Positions 1 through 6,917 of a stretch of DNA of 44,636 bases are shown in pieces (position 1 is the stretch's first letter; the number at the start of each line of letters is the position of its first letter). This stretch comes from a virus. Taxonomy: Duplodnaviria; Caudoviricetes. Where the stretch lies: positions 1 through 44,636 of IMG/VR virus record IMGVR_UViG_3300017648_000193; one strand, written 5' to 3'. Under the pieces are notes generated by a model. The model saw only the letters and a program-made list of their open reading frames with translations. It was not told the DNA's origin and made no database searches. The position numbers and the translations under genes are program-made.

Positions 1-100
1 CACATGGGCGTTCCCGGACACATAGGCGTTCCCGGACACATGGGCGTTCCCGGACACATAGGCGTTCCCGTACACATGGGCGTCCCCGGACACACGGGCG
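1..100. repeat. 18-bp tandem repeat CACAT(G/A)GGCGTTCCCGGA, about 5.5 copies
   Basis: Directly visible; encodes the GNAxVS hexapeptides on the minus strand. Confidence 0.95.
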
Positions 101-249
101 GTCGGGCTGATCTTCTCAGGGTTCTCAACCCAGCCTCCGAGAGCGGAGGTGTCACGGAATTTGATTCGATGGAACGTGATGCCGAACTCGACTTTCGTCT
201 CGCCGCTGAGTTCCCAAATATGATTGTCGGTGGGCTTGAAATTACTCAT
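1..249 (-). CDS. Hexapeptide-repeat (left-handed beta-helix type) phage protein, 3' end outside the window
   Basis: Absent from the ORF track because it has no stop. Manual translation from ATG 249 (RBS GGGAG): MSNFKPTDNHIWELSGETKVEFGITFHRIKFRDTSALGGWVENPEKISPTARVSGDAHVYGNAYVSGNAHVSGNAYVSGNAHV...; LGGWVE followed by (GNAxVS)n is a known phage family pattern. Confidence 0.85.
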   Translation of the reverse strand, partial: MSNFKPTDNHIWELSGETKVEFGITFHRIKFRDTSALGGWVENPEKISPTARVSGDAHVYGNAYVSGNAHVSGNAYVSGNAHV

Positions 250-388
250 CGTTAGCTCCCTGATCGTATGCGGCTGTTCGCGTGATATTGATGCGACGGA
301 CTGTGCGATTCGCCCAGAGGTAGACCATTGTCAAGGAGGTCGTGCAGATCATGGCGACGCAGATAATGACGGTTTCCGGCCAGCTCAT
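242..388 (-). CDS. Small single-pass membrane protein (48 aa)
   Basis: MSWPETVIICVAMICTTSLTMVYLWANRTVRR...; ATGA overlap with the XRE gene stop, and its own stop overlaps the next gene start. Confidence 0.65.
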   Translation of the reverse strand: MSWPETVIICVAMICTTSLTMVYLWANRTVRRINITRTAAYDQGANDE

Positions 389-720
389 TGCTCGTCCTTC
401 CTTCGGATCATGCGGCGAATCAGAGGAACCAAGTCAGGATGGCGCACGGTCCCCTCGACGATATCTGGCGGTAGTCGGTCGATGGCGATGTAGAACTGAT
501 CGGTGTCGGTCTGGAGGGCCTCTGCCGTCTTGGCGATGGTTTCGGGCTTGGTGAGACGGCGATCTCCACGAACGACACCGATCATGTACGGGTGGGTGAC
601 GCCGACCCTTTTGGCAAGGGCGTACCGACTCATGCCGATCTCTGATAGCCGCTTTTCGATGATGATTCCCTGCGGCCCGATGGGTCGTTCCGGTAGCGTT
701 TGTGTGGCCTGATCGTTCAT
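385..720 (-). CDS. XRE/Cro-type HTH transcriptional regulator
   Basis: EKRLSEIGMSRYALAKRVGVTHPYMIGVVRGDRR...ETIAKTAEAL is an HTH_3 pattern; start MNDQ at 720 has an ATGA overlap with the upstream gene. Confidence 0.85.
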   Translation of the reverse strand: MNDQATQTLPERPIGPQGIIIEKRLSEIGMSRYALAKRVGVTHPYMIGVVRGDRRLTKPETIAKTAEALQTDTDQFYIAIDRLPPDIVEGTVRHPDLVPLIRRMIRRKDEQ

Positions 721-1085
721 GACGGCGAATCCTTGTACCAGGTGATGCCCCATGTGCCGTCCTCTTCCATGGGGCAATACTCAACCGTGAGCGGTCCATC
801 TCCGTACTTGACCAGGCGACCGACCATGCCGTACCTCACCCATTCGGAGATCAGCGCGTTCGCCTCTGCATCTCGTTCAGGGTGAAGCGTGATTTTCTGC
901 GGTGTGGGCTCATAGAGGGCGATCATTGCCCACAGGGGAGAAGATGGGGATGACTCGACAATATCCACGGGGATCGTCCATCCAGTAAACGCCAACCGTT
1001 GTCGGTCCTCCTCCTGCAATGCCTCGCGGAAGATCTGGCTGAGGTTGTGCTCGGATGGCTCCCAAAACATGAAGTCGGTGATCAT
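717..1085 (-). CDS. Hypothetical protein
   Basis: Start MITDF with GGGAG RBS and TAATG overlap; part of a tightly coupled leftward operon. Confidence 0.7.
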   Translation of the reverse strand: MITDFMFWEPSEHNLSQIFREALQEEDRQRLAFTGWTIPVDIVESSPSSPLWAMIALYEPTPQKITLHPERDAEANALISEWVRYGMVGRLVKYGDGPLTVEYCPMEEDGTWGITWYKDSPS

Positions 1086-1384
1086 TACCACGCTCCCTGA
1101 ATACGACCAAGCTCCATCCGGTCGTAGTTGTCGCATTGGTGGAGGGTTTCAATGGCGTGGAGTCGTCGTCCTTCGTGGCAATGACACCATGTGTATCCGT
1201 CGTGGCCATCGCCCTTCACGTCCCTGATCCCGCTATCGTGGCAGTTGTGGCAAATGGGTTCGGATTCGTCCTCGCCGACCGGTGCGTATACCCGTGGCCG
1301 GTGCTGGAAGAATCGAGAGACCAACGCCTCGTGATCGATGCTTGCCACGTGTTCGATCTCGCTGGGATGAAGCAATGCAACCAT
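1085..1384 (-). CDS. Hypothetical zinc-binding protein
   Basis: CHNCHDSG...WCHC..G motif; GGGA RBS; operon coupling. Confidence 0.7.
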   Translation of the reverse strand: MVALLHPSEIEHVASIDHEALVSRFFQHRPRVYAPVGEDESEPICHNCHDSGIRDVKGDGHDGYTWCHCHEGRRLHAIETLHQCDNYDRMELGRIQGAW

Positions 1385-1396
1385 GATTCCCGTCCT

Positions 1397-1642
1397 TTAG
1401 TCTTCGATGCCTGTCGCGCCGTGGGTTCCCGCACAGATGCTCGTGATGCGGTGCCATGGCAGGAACAGGGGGGCCGCCTCCGGGTAAGGCCGTATGGCGA
1501 TGCCGACCGATTGCCATGAGACGACGATGCCGGTCCTTCGGTATCCGTTTGTGGTGGTGTAGGTGACCCAGTACCCCGGCTCCATTTCAGGACACGGGGC
1601 CGTGACCGAGGATGACGGCTGGGGGATGGCCGATCCGATCAT
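1397..1642 (-). CDS. Hypothetical small beta-barrel (SH3/Sm-like) protein
   Basis: PGYWVTYTTTNGYRRTGIVVSW...FLPWHRITSI; ATGA overlap with the upstream gene. Confidence 0.65.
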   Translation of the reverse strand: MIGSAIPQPSSSVTAPCPEMEPGYWVTYTTTNGYRRTGIVVSWQSVGIAIRPYPEAAPLFLPWHRITSICAGTHGATGIED

Positions 1643-1881
1643 TGCGCACCTCCCGGAGCGACGCTCATGGCGTCCATAACGGATGGAGAGCCGAGCGTGA
1701 TCGCAATCCCGGCATCAATAAGGGCGGAGACGCGAGCCTGTGCGGCGATGTATTCCTCCATTGCGTCACGGGCTTTCGGGATGGGACTGGACTCGTACCG
1801 GTGTCGGCATGCGTCGCGATGGGCCTTTGCCTGATCGAGAACGGGCTTGAGCGATGCGTGCACGTCGTTGTAGGTAATCAT
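1639..1881 (-). CDS. Hypothetical protein
   Basis: AGGAG RBS upstream; helical ORF in the early operon. Confidence 0.7.
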   Translation of the reverse strand: MITYNDVHASLKPVLDQAKAHRDACRHRYESSPIPKARDAMEEYIAAQARVSALIDAGIAITLGSPSVMDAMSVAPGGAQ

Positions 1882-1993
1882 GTGGAAACTCCTAGTGTAA
1901 AACTACGAATGAAAGGTAGTGAATTTCGCTTCGATTTCGATATGGGCCTCCTTTCGCGTGAAATGCTGGATGTTATCGGTGTTCATTACTAGT

Positions 1994-2022
1994 ATGGTAA
2001 CACGATATCCTGAACATGTCTA
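1994..2022 (-). promoter_or_regulatory. Leftward sigma70-type promoter
   Basis: TAGACA-17 bp-TACCAT with a TG extension on the minus strand. Confidence 0.55.
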
Positions 2023-2061
2023 GGACTATACGGCTGGTTGGAGTGGCTCTGGTGGACCTGT

Positions 2062-2087
2062 GCGGTCCCCACGTGTGTGGGGACCGC
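2062..2087. repeat. Perfect hairpin GCGGTCCCCAC-GTGT-GTGGGGACCGC (terminator and/or CRISPR I-E repeat-like)
   Basis: 11-bp inverted repeat with a 4-nt loop in an intergenic region. Confidence 0.8.
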
Positions 2088-2162
2088 TGTTCTCTGTCTA
2101 CGATGTGAAGAGCATGATGTACTCCCCACAATGTTCCTGATACATACTCGTATTCGGGTAGT

Positions 2163-2438
2163 TTACAGGAGTCGGTATTGGGTTGCGTCGCCTCGTTGCA
2201 TGGGTTCGGGATCGATGCCCGGCAGTGTCCATGCGGTGCCGTTTGGCGTGACAACCTGATAGCTCCTGAGTGGAGGCGATGGGTCCAGGTCGGCCTCGTT
2301 GTCGTCGATTGGCCCTGATGCGAGGTAGCGGGCGAGCCTTTGGGCCTCCTCGGCCATGATCCGGCACACGTCAGCGTCTGCATCTCGTCCGGCTTGCATG
2401 TACTCGGTCGCCAGGTCGGTGTATTCGCGTGGTGTCAT
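2163..2438 (-). CDS. Hypothetical early protein
   Basis: Start MTPREY with GGAGG RBS. Confidence 0.7.
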   Translation of the reverse strand: MTPREYTDLATEYMQAGRDADADVCRIMAEEAQRLARYLASGPIDDNEADLDPSPPLRSYQVVTPNGTAWTLPGIDPEPMQRGDATQYRLL

Positions 2439-2442
2439 GGGT

Positions 2443-2700
2443 TTATCTCCTCCCTTTGGTGGCGCGAACACCGCGCATTTCCCATCCGATATCAGTAATG
2501 GCCTTGTCGATATCTACCGTCTCATCGTTGAGCACGAACGAGTTGAATGGGATACCTCGATAGTTCAAAAGGTCGGCGACCTGATACCGGCGGGCAACCA
2601 TGCGGTCAAAGTTATCGGGGATGGTGTTTGTGCTGCGATAGATTCTCCATGCGTCATCATCGTCGATGTGCCACTTATCCAGGACTTCTCTTGTGGTCAT
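2443..2700 (-). CDS. Hypothetical early protein
   Basis: AAGGGAG RBS; 85 aa. Confidence 0.75.
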   Translation of the reverse strand: MTTREVLDKWHIDDDDAWRIYRSTNTIPDNFDRMVARRYQVADLLNYRGIPFNSFVLNDETVDIDKAITDIGWEMRGVRATKGRR

Positions 2701-2757
2701 GGTTCTCCCTTGTGGTGGCCGGGCAGACTGTGTGATCTCCTGCCCGATGGTGTGCTT

Positions 2758-3072
2758 CTACTTGATGACTCCGGGATGCCATTCCGAAAAGTTCTTCGCA
2801 GCATTCATCAAAGCGCGGTGTCGATTAGCGGTGATGCCTGCGGAGATAGCCTGAGCTTTCGTGATGGCACGCTGTGCGACAAATTCGTGTGCGCGCGTAG
2901 CAAGTGATTGCTCGGTTGCTCTGGCGTGCTTGTCGTACTTCCGAGCTTGCTCCTCATCTTGCAGGTGGATACGGTAGAGACGGGCAAGGCTGTGGTAGTA
3001 GTCGGCGGTTTCACCCATTGCCTCCAGAACACGATAGGCCTCGATCTTTCGATCCTTTTCAAGAAGTGTCAT
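2758..3072 (-). CDS. Hypothetical helical early protein
   Basis: GAGGAGG RBS; 104 aa. Confidence 0.75.
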   Translation of the reverse strand: MTLLEKDRKIEAYRVLEAMGETADYYHSLARLYRIHLQDEEQARKYDKHARATEQSLATRAHEFVAQRAITKAQAISAGITANRHRALMNAAKNFSEWHPGVIK

Positions 3073-3119
3073 GGCTCGTTCCTCCTCAGGGGGGACATCC
3101 GGTTATCCTTGCGTGTGGC

Positions 3120-3467
3120 CTAGACGTGCGGTCGAGTGTGGATGCCGTGGCGTCGGAGATAGCGATTGGCGAGGGATACGCGATTGGCCTTGCGAGCCAG
3201 CTTCACGTAGGCGGTTACCTCCTGCCGGTGATACTCGATGTGATCCTCAACCATGACACCGTACAGACCCCAATATTTGACCGGATGAGCCTGCATGTCG
3301 GCGACCTTCTCGGTGTGGACGCGAGCACGGTCGAGGTACTCGTTTCGCTGCCGCTCGTACATGTCTCCATCCCATTGGCGCTCTGCCTCGGTCTTGACCA
3401 TCGTCCCCATGTTGACGCCGAAGGCAACGAGATGTCCGCGGTCGTTGTAGTTGATCTGCGTGGCCAT
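3120..3467 (-). CDS. Hypothetical early protein, first gene after the strong promoter
   Basis: Start MATQIN with GGGAG RBS. Confidence 0.75.
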   Translation of the reverse strand: MATQINYNDRGHLVAFGVNMGTMVKTEAERQWDGDMYERQRNEYLDRARVHTEKVADMQAHPVKYWGLYGVMVEDHIEYHRQEVTAYVKLARKANRVSLANRYLRRHGIHTRPHV

Positions 3468-3528
3468 TGTGGAAACTCCCTGTGTATCACTGCGTGGGCT
3501 CCTGCCCTCCTCATGTGTGTATGTACCC

Positions 3529-3557
3529 ATGTTAGGGCCATACTCGGTATTTGTCAA
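3529..3557 (-). promoter_or_regulatory. Strong leftward sigma70 promoter with operator-like inverted repeat
   Basis: TTGACA (3557-3552), 17 bp, TAACAT (3534-3529); an inverted repeat TCGGTAT...ATACCGA spans the -35. Confidence 0.8.
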
Positions 3558-4325
3558 TATAAATACATACCGACTTCATGTATTGCCCAGTACGTTTTGT
3601 ATGCACCAACCTGACACGAATCGACTCAACTCGGCCTCTTGTCATTCCATATCGGGGATCGGTGGCGTCCTGGGCGATCGGTAGGCCAGGATAGTACGCG
3701 AAACATGGCGATGCATGGTACACGCTGCACGCATTGAGGACGCATTGACCTTCCCCACTCTCCGGCCCGCGTGCGTCCCCTGTCGCTGGCGTGCGGTACG
3801 AGCTGCCGGTCTCGGTGGTGGTGCGCTGCATCGTCCCCGGTCTCCCGCTCCACCGCTGTTGACCGCGTGGTTACATCCCCCTCCATCCCCGCAGCCATCG
3901 CGATCCGCCCTCCCAGGCGCACCCTCCCCGGTCCCTTTCTTCCCTACATATCGGTGGATGAGTGGGGGGGGACCCATCCCGGAATCTATGGGGGAGTTTT
4001 TGAACTTTCGGTGTCAGAGGTTTTGGGCTGGAGGTGAGTGATGTGGATGTGTTCTGGGGGTGGGAATGCGTTGACGTGGCGGGGATAACTTGCTCGCTTC
4101 GCATCGCTGCTCCGCCTTGTCAGGCGTCGAGACGCACCTGACGGTGCTCAAGGGAAGGATTGATCTCCCCCTCTTGTATTCTCCCCCTCACCGTGAGTGG
4201 TGACGGACATGATGATTCCGCTACGGTACTGGCTCTGCTCGCGCAACCCGGGGTTTTGTGTGGCTCTGTTTCATCCACGCCATGTTGGGTAAATGACCGG
4301 GGGTGAATCCCTTTTGTCGATGGGG

Positions 4326-4541
4326 TTAGGTTCTCTTTGACTTTTCCCTCTGTCGATTCAGGTAGGCGTTGATCGTGTTCTTGCTGGTGGCCCAGCCAAG
4401 CATGTGGTATTTCGCGTGCTTCTCGCGGAGCCACGACCAGTCGGCTGCGGTCATCTTCCGGGTGATGATACCGACACCATCAACGACGAGGTATTCGTCG
4501 CGATCCCGGTTGGTTTTCTTTCTGGATGCCTGCGTCGTCAT
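4326..4541 (-). CDS. Hypothetical basic protein
   Basis: AAGGAAAGGG RBS and its own extended -10 promoter at 4566-4574. Confidence 0.7.
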   Translation of the reverse strand: MTTQASRKKTNRDRDEYLVVDGVGIITRKMTAADWSWLREKHAKYHMLGWATSKNTINAYLNRQREKSKRT

Positions 4542-4565
4542 GGACGGACCCTTTCCTTGGGATCG

Positions 4566-4608
4566 AGTGTATCACACTAGGAATTAATACCGATATCTGT
4601 GGTATGAT
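4566..4608. promoter_or_regulatory. Divergent extended -10 promoters
   Basis: Minus strand TGaTACACT (4574-4566); plus strand TGgTATGAT (4600-4608) upstream of the tRNA/ncRNA array. Confidence 0.7.
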
Positions 4609-4616
4609 GGGCGCGT

Positions 4617-4702
4617 GAGATAGCGATTTCCTACCTTCGCTGTTTCGCGACTGGCCGCGATCACTGCCGGAGGCAGACCGGTAGTTGTTCCAGATCGTGG
4701 CC
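4617..4702 (+). ncRNA. Putative structured RNA A (5' leader hairpins)
   Basis: GAGATAGCGA/TCGCTGTTTC stem, then GGCCGCGATC/GATCGTGGCC enclosing ACTGCCGG/CCGGTAGT. Confidence 0.4.
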
Positions 4703-4706
4703 GCAC

Positions 4707-4772
4707 AGCGGTGATCGGCGTGCTGGAGGGCTCATATCCCTCACAACCAGGGTTCGATTCCCTGCACCGCTA
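4707..4772 (+). tRNA. tRNA-Met(CAT), initiator-like, truncated D-arm (66 nt)
   Basis: AGCGGTG/CACCGCT acceptor, GAGGG-CTCATAT-CCCTC anticodon arm with GGG/CCC, CAGGG-TTCGATT-CCCTG T-arm. Confidence 0.8.
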
Positions 4773-4773
4773 C

Positions 4774-4879
4774 CGATGTCCAGTGAATAGTCAGAGTCCC
4801 GAGCGTGAGCGCCCAGCGACTCGGAGACAGCGTTCCGGCCAAGAACACTGGGGCGAAGCAACCGGATAGTTGGACATCG
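4774..4879 (+). ncRNA. Putative structured RNA B
   Basis: 9-bp closing stem CGATGTCCA/TGGACATCG enclosing CCGAG/CTCGG and TCCGG/CCGGA hairpins; fills the whole inter-tRNA spacer. Confidence 0.5.
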
Positions 4880-4882
4880 AAC

Positions 4883-4955
4883 GCATCAGTAGCTCAAATG
4901 GCAGAGCAAGTCTCTTGTAAAGACAAGGTTGCAGGTTCAACTCCTGTCTGATGCT
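4883..4955 (+). tRNA. trnT: tRNA-Thr(TGT)
   Basis: Canonical cloverleaf: GCATCAG/CTGATGC acceptor, GCTC/GAGC D-stem, CT-TGT-AA loop, GCAGG-TTCAACT-CCTGT T-arm; no encoded CCA. Confidence 0.92.
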
Positions 4956-4957
4956 CC

Positions 4958-5027
4958 GAAGCGTCCGATAGCTAGCATCGGTAGGAACAGTAAAGCCCGA
5001 GAGGATGACGGCTGAGTCCAACGCTTC
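4958..5027 (+). ncRNA. Putative structured RNA C
   Basis: GAAGCGT/ACGCTTC closing stem enclosing CCGAT/ATCGG and AGCC/GGCT stems. Confidence 0.45.
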
Positions 5028-5029
5028 AT

Positions 5030-5094
5030 CGCCCGGATGGTTCATTCCCCTGCCATTGCAGGACGGATTCGGAGTTCGATTCTCCGACCGGCGA
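5030..5094 (+). ncRNA. tRNA-like element / degenerate tRNA
   Basis: Perfect T-arm CGGAG-TTCGATT-CTCCG, imperfect acceptor CGCCCGG/ACCGGCG, CCTG-CCATTG-CAGG arm with a 6-nt loop, no D-arm. Confidence 0.55.
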
Positions 5095-5124
5095 CCGACT
5101 GATGAGATTGCCGAGGAGTGACCC

Positions 5125-5544
5125 ATGCTTCCGACCGAGGAATATGTACGAGCAATCGCGGATGAGATAGGTCTTCGTGACTGGCGTATCCATGTGGACT
5201 CATCCGACGAGATGGAGTCTCTTGGCCAATGTCGAACCGTAGGCCAGAGACGGATCGCGTATCTCACATTCGTCAATCATGACGATGCAGAGGAGCTGAG
5301 AGATACCGTTCTCCATGAGCTGTTGCATATCATCCTCAATCCCCTCTTCCTCCCCATCGAGAACGTGAAGTCCACACTCGGCGAACCTCTCTACAACGCG
5401 ACCTACAACTCCCATATCGACCATTTGGAACGGGCTGTTGACACTCTTTCGGCATCACTCGCTCCGCTCTTCCCCCTGCCAGATGGCAAGCCCTCCCCTG
5501 ACATCCGCCTTATCGTCGATAACACACGGGAGGAAGCATCATGA
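5125..5544 (+). CDS. HExxH metallopeptidase-like protein (zincin; ImmA/IrrE/SprT-like)
   Basis: DTVLHELLHI motif preceded by LGQC...IAYLTF; GAGGAG RBS. Confidence 0.75.
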   Translation: MLPTEEYVRAIADEIGLRDWRIHVDSSDEMESLGQCRTVGQRRIAYLTFVNHDDAEELRDTVLHELLHIILNPLFLPIENVKSTLGEPLYNATYNSHIDHLERAVDTLSASLAPLFPLPDGKPSPDIRLIVDNTREEAS

Positions 5545-6560
5545 AGGCGATAGTGCCTGACCTCGTGGCGAGCGTGCATGGCGCGTGGACGCCGGATGGG
5601 GCGGTGGCGCCAGTGCCGTCGGCGAGCGTGGAAGTGCGCGACGGCGCGTGGTGGCTGTGTGAGGGTACAGAGAACCTGTTCCCAGACCCGCTCAACCTGC
5701 CGTCAGTATTTAGTTCATCCCAATTTTGCACGATTACTGCTAGCGAAGAGTCAATGGGTATCGGAAATTCTCTGCTCGTGACAATTGGCGGACTTTCGGC
5801 ACCTCAGTGGAATTCCATATACGCCCATCCTGATACGTACGCAACTCGAGAGCGGTTCTCCATACCTAATGGTGAGTGGGTTACGATATCGCAATTTGCG
5901 AAGCCTCGGCTCTCGGGGATGAGTTTGAAGCCGAACAGTGATCTGAGGAAAATTGGCGAGACAACACATCTCCAGAATATCGTTGGCGATCTATTTAGTC
6001 TTCCTCCTGATGCATGGACTCGCGTCTCTGTATCGGCGATTGCTGATGTGGCCGTTCCTGTCGCGGCTTTGAATGTTCGATACAGTACCGAGGGTATAGA
6101 AGGCAGTGGGGCAAACTATCTCATTGCTCTGCCACAGGTTGAGGTCGGAAAGCCCTACGCCACCCCCTTCACGGTCGGCACCCGCGTGGACGGCACCCTC
6201 ACCATCCCCCACGCCCAGCGCCCCGGCACCATCCTCGTCCGCACCCGCGAATCCGGCCTGCCCGCCACCACCGAGCGCGTCACCCTCGACGGCAACGACG
6301 CGGGCACCTTCGGGCGATTCGGCATGGTTGCGTGGGACGGTAGCGCCATCACCATCGCCACCACCAGCGACACGGGCACTGAGGCGAACATGTATGACCT
6401 GTACGGGGTCCTTGCCTACAACCACATGCCAAGCCAGTACGAGATCGACCGCGTCTCCAATATCGACCCATGGACATGGGACACCATCACTCGGGACTAC
6501 TCCGTCATCATCGCAGGTCGCCCACGTCTCGTGGGATCACCTCGCATTGTCGGGCGCTAG
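5541..6560 (+). CDS. Virion spike/fibre-type protein with carbohydrate-binding-module-like domain
   Basis: EGTENLFPDP...WTRVSVS...PQVEVGKPYATPF..GTR is typical of phage CBM4/9-like spike domains; GGAGG RBS. Confidence 0.65.
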   Translation: MKAIVPDLVASVHGAWTPDGAVAPVPSASVEVRDGAWWLCEGTENLFPDPLNLPSVFSSSQFCTITASEESMGIGNSLLVTIGGLSAPQWNSIYAHPDTYATRERFSIPNGEWVTISQFAKPRLSGMSLKPNSDLRKIGETTHLQNIVGDLFSLPPDAWTRVSVSAIADVAVPVAALNVRYSTEGIEGSGANYLIALPQVEVGKPYATPFTVGTRVDGTLTIPHAQRPGTILVRTRESGLPATTERVTLDGNDAGTFGRFGMVAWDGSAITIATTSDTGTEANMYDLYGVLAYNHMPSQYEIDRVSNIDPWTWDTITRDYSVIIAGRPRLVGSPRIVGR

Positions 6561-6573
6561 AAAGGACACACTC

Positions 6574-6915
6574 GTGGATATTTTGTACCTCGAACAATAT
6601 TCCGCATCGCTGGAAGTCATCCCGGATACAAGTTCCTCCACCGACCCTCCAGACGAGGAGGTAACTGCCTACAGGACAGGAAGCTCTCCTGAGGTGACGG
6701 CATTTCTTGACTACACAGGTTCAGTCTCCGAGGGGAGTGTCCGCCTTTGGCTTCATGATGGGGCCGATTGGTATAAGGGAGATAGCTACTCCCTGACATC
6801 GAGCAACGGGGATGTCTCTCTGATGTGGGATGTTGGGAAGTACCAGGTGTTCACTTTCCAGATCGAGGACATCTCGGGCGGCGGAACCGTGCGGGTCTCC
6901 GTGAAAGGATCGTAA
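6574..6915 (+). CDS. Hypothetical beta-rich (probably virion) protein
   Basis: GTG start after AAAGGA; the C-terminal part of track ORF 6106..6915. Confidence 0.7.
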   Translation: MDILYLEQYSASLEVIPDTSSSTDPPDEEVTAYRTGSSPEVTAFLDYTGSVSEGSVRLWLHDGADWYKGDSYSLTSSNGDVSLMWDVGKYQVFTFQIEDISGGGTVRVSVKGS

Positions 6916-6917
6916 TC

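Noticed and set aside
1-100. CRISPR array
   Set aside because: Head-to-tail 18-mers with no unique spacers; coding repeat.
4-255. Plus-strand ORF with GVPGH repeats
   Set aside because: Antisense shadow of the minus-strand hexapeptide gene, which has an RBS and family motifs.
1903-1986. Leaderless 27-aa ORF after the 1994-2022 promoter
   Set aside because: Plausible spacing, but too short to support without conservation data.
3532-4434. Several 77-111 aa ORFs in the divergent intergenic region
   Set aside because: Overlapping, low-complexity translations without convincing RBS or motifs.
5098-5124. Hammerhead ribozyme (CTGATGAG)
   Set aside because: No matching GAAA core or flanking stems.
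5541-6560. Diversity-generating retroelement target
   Set aside because: No reverse transcriptase and no TR/VR pair differing at adenines seen in the window.
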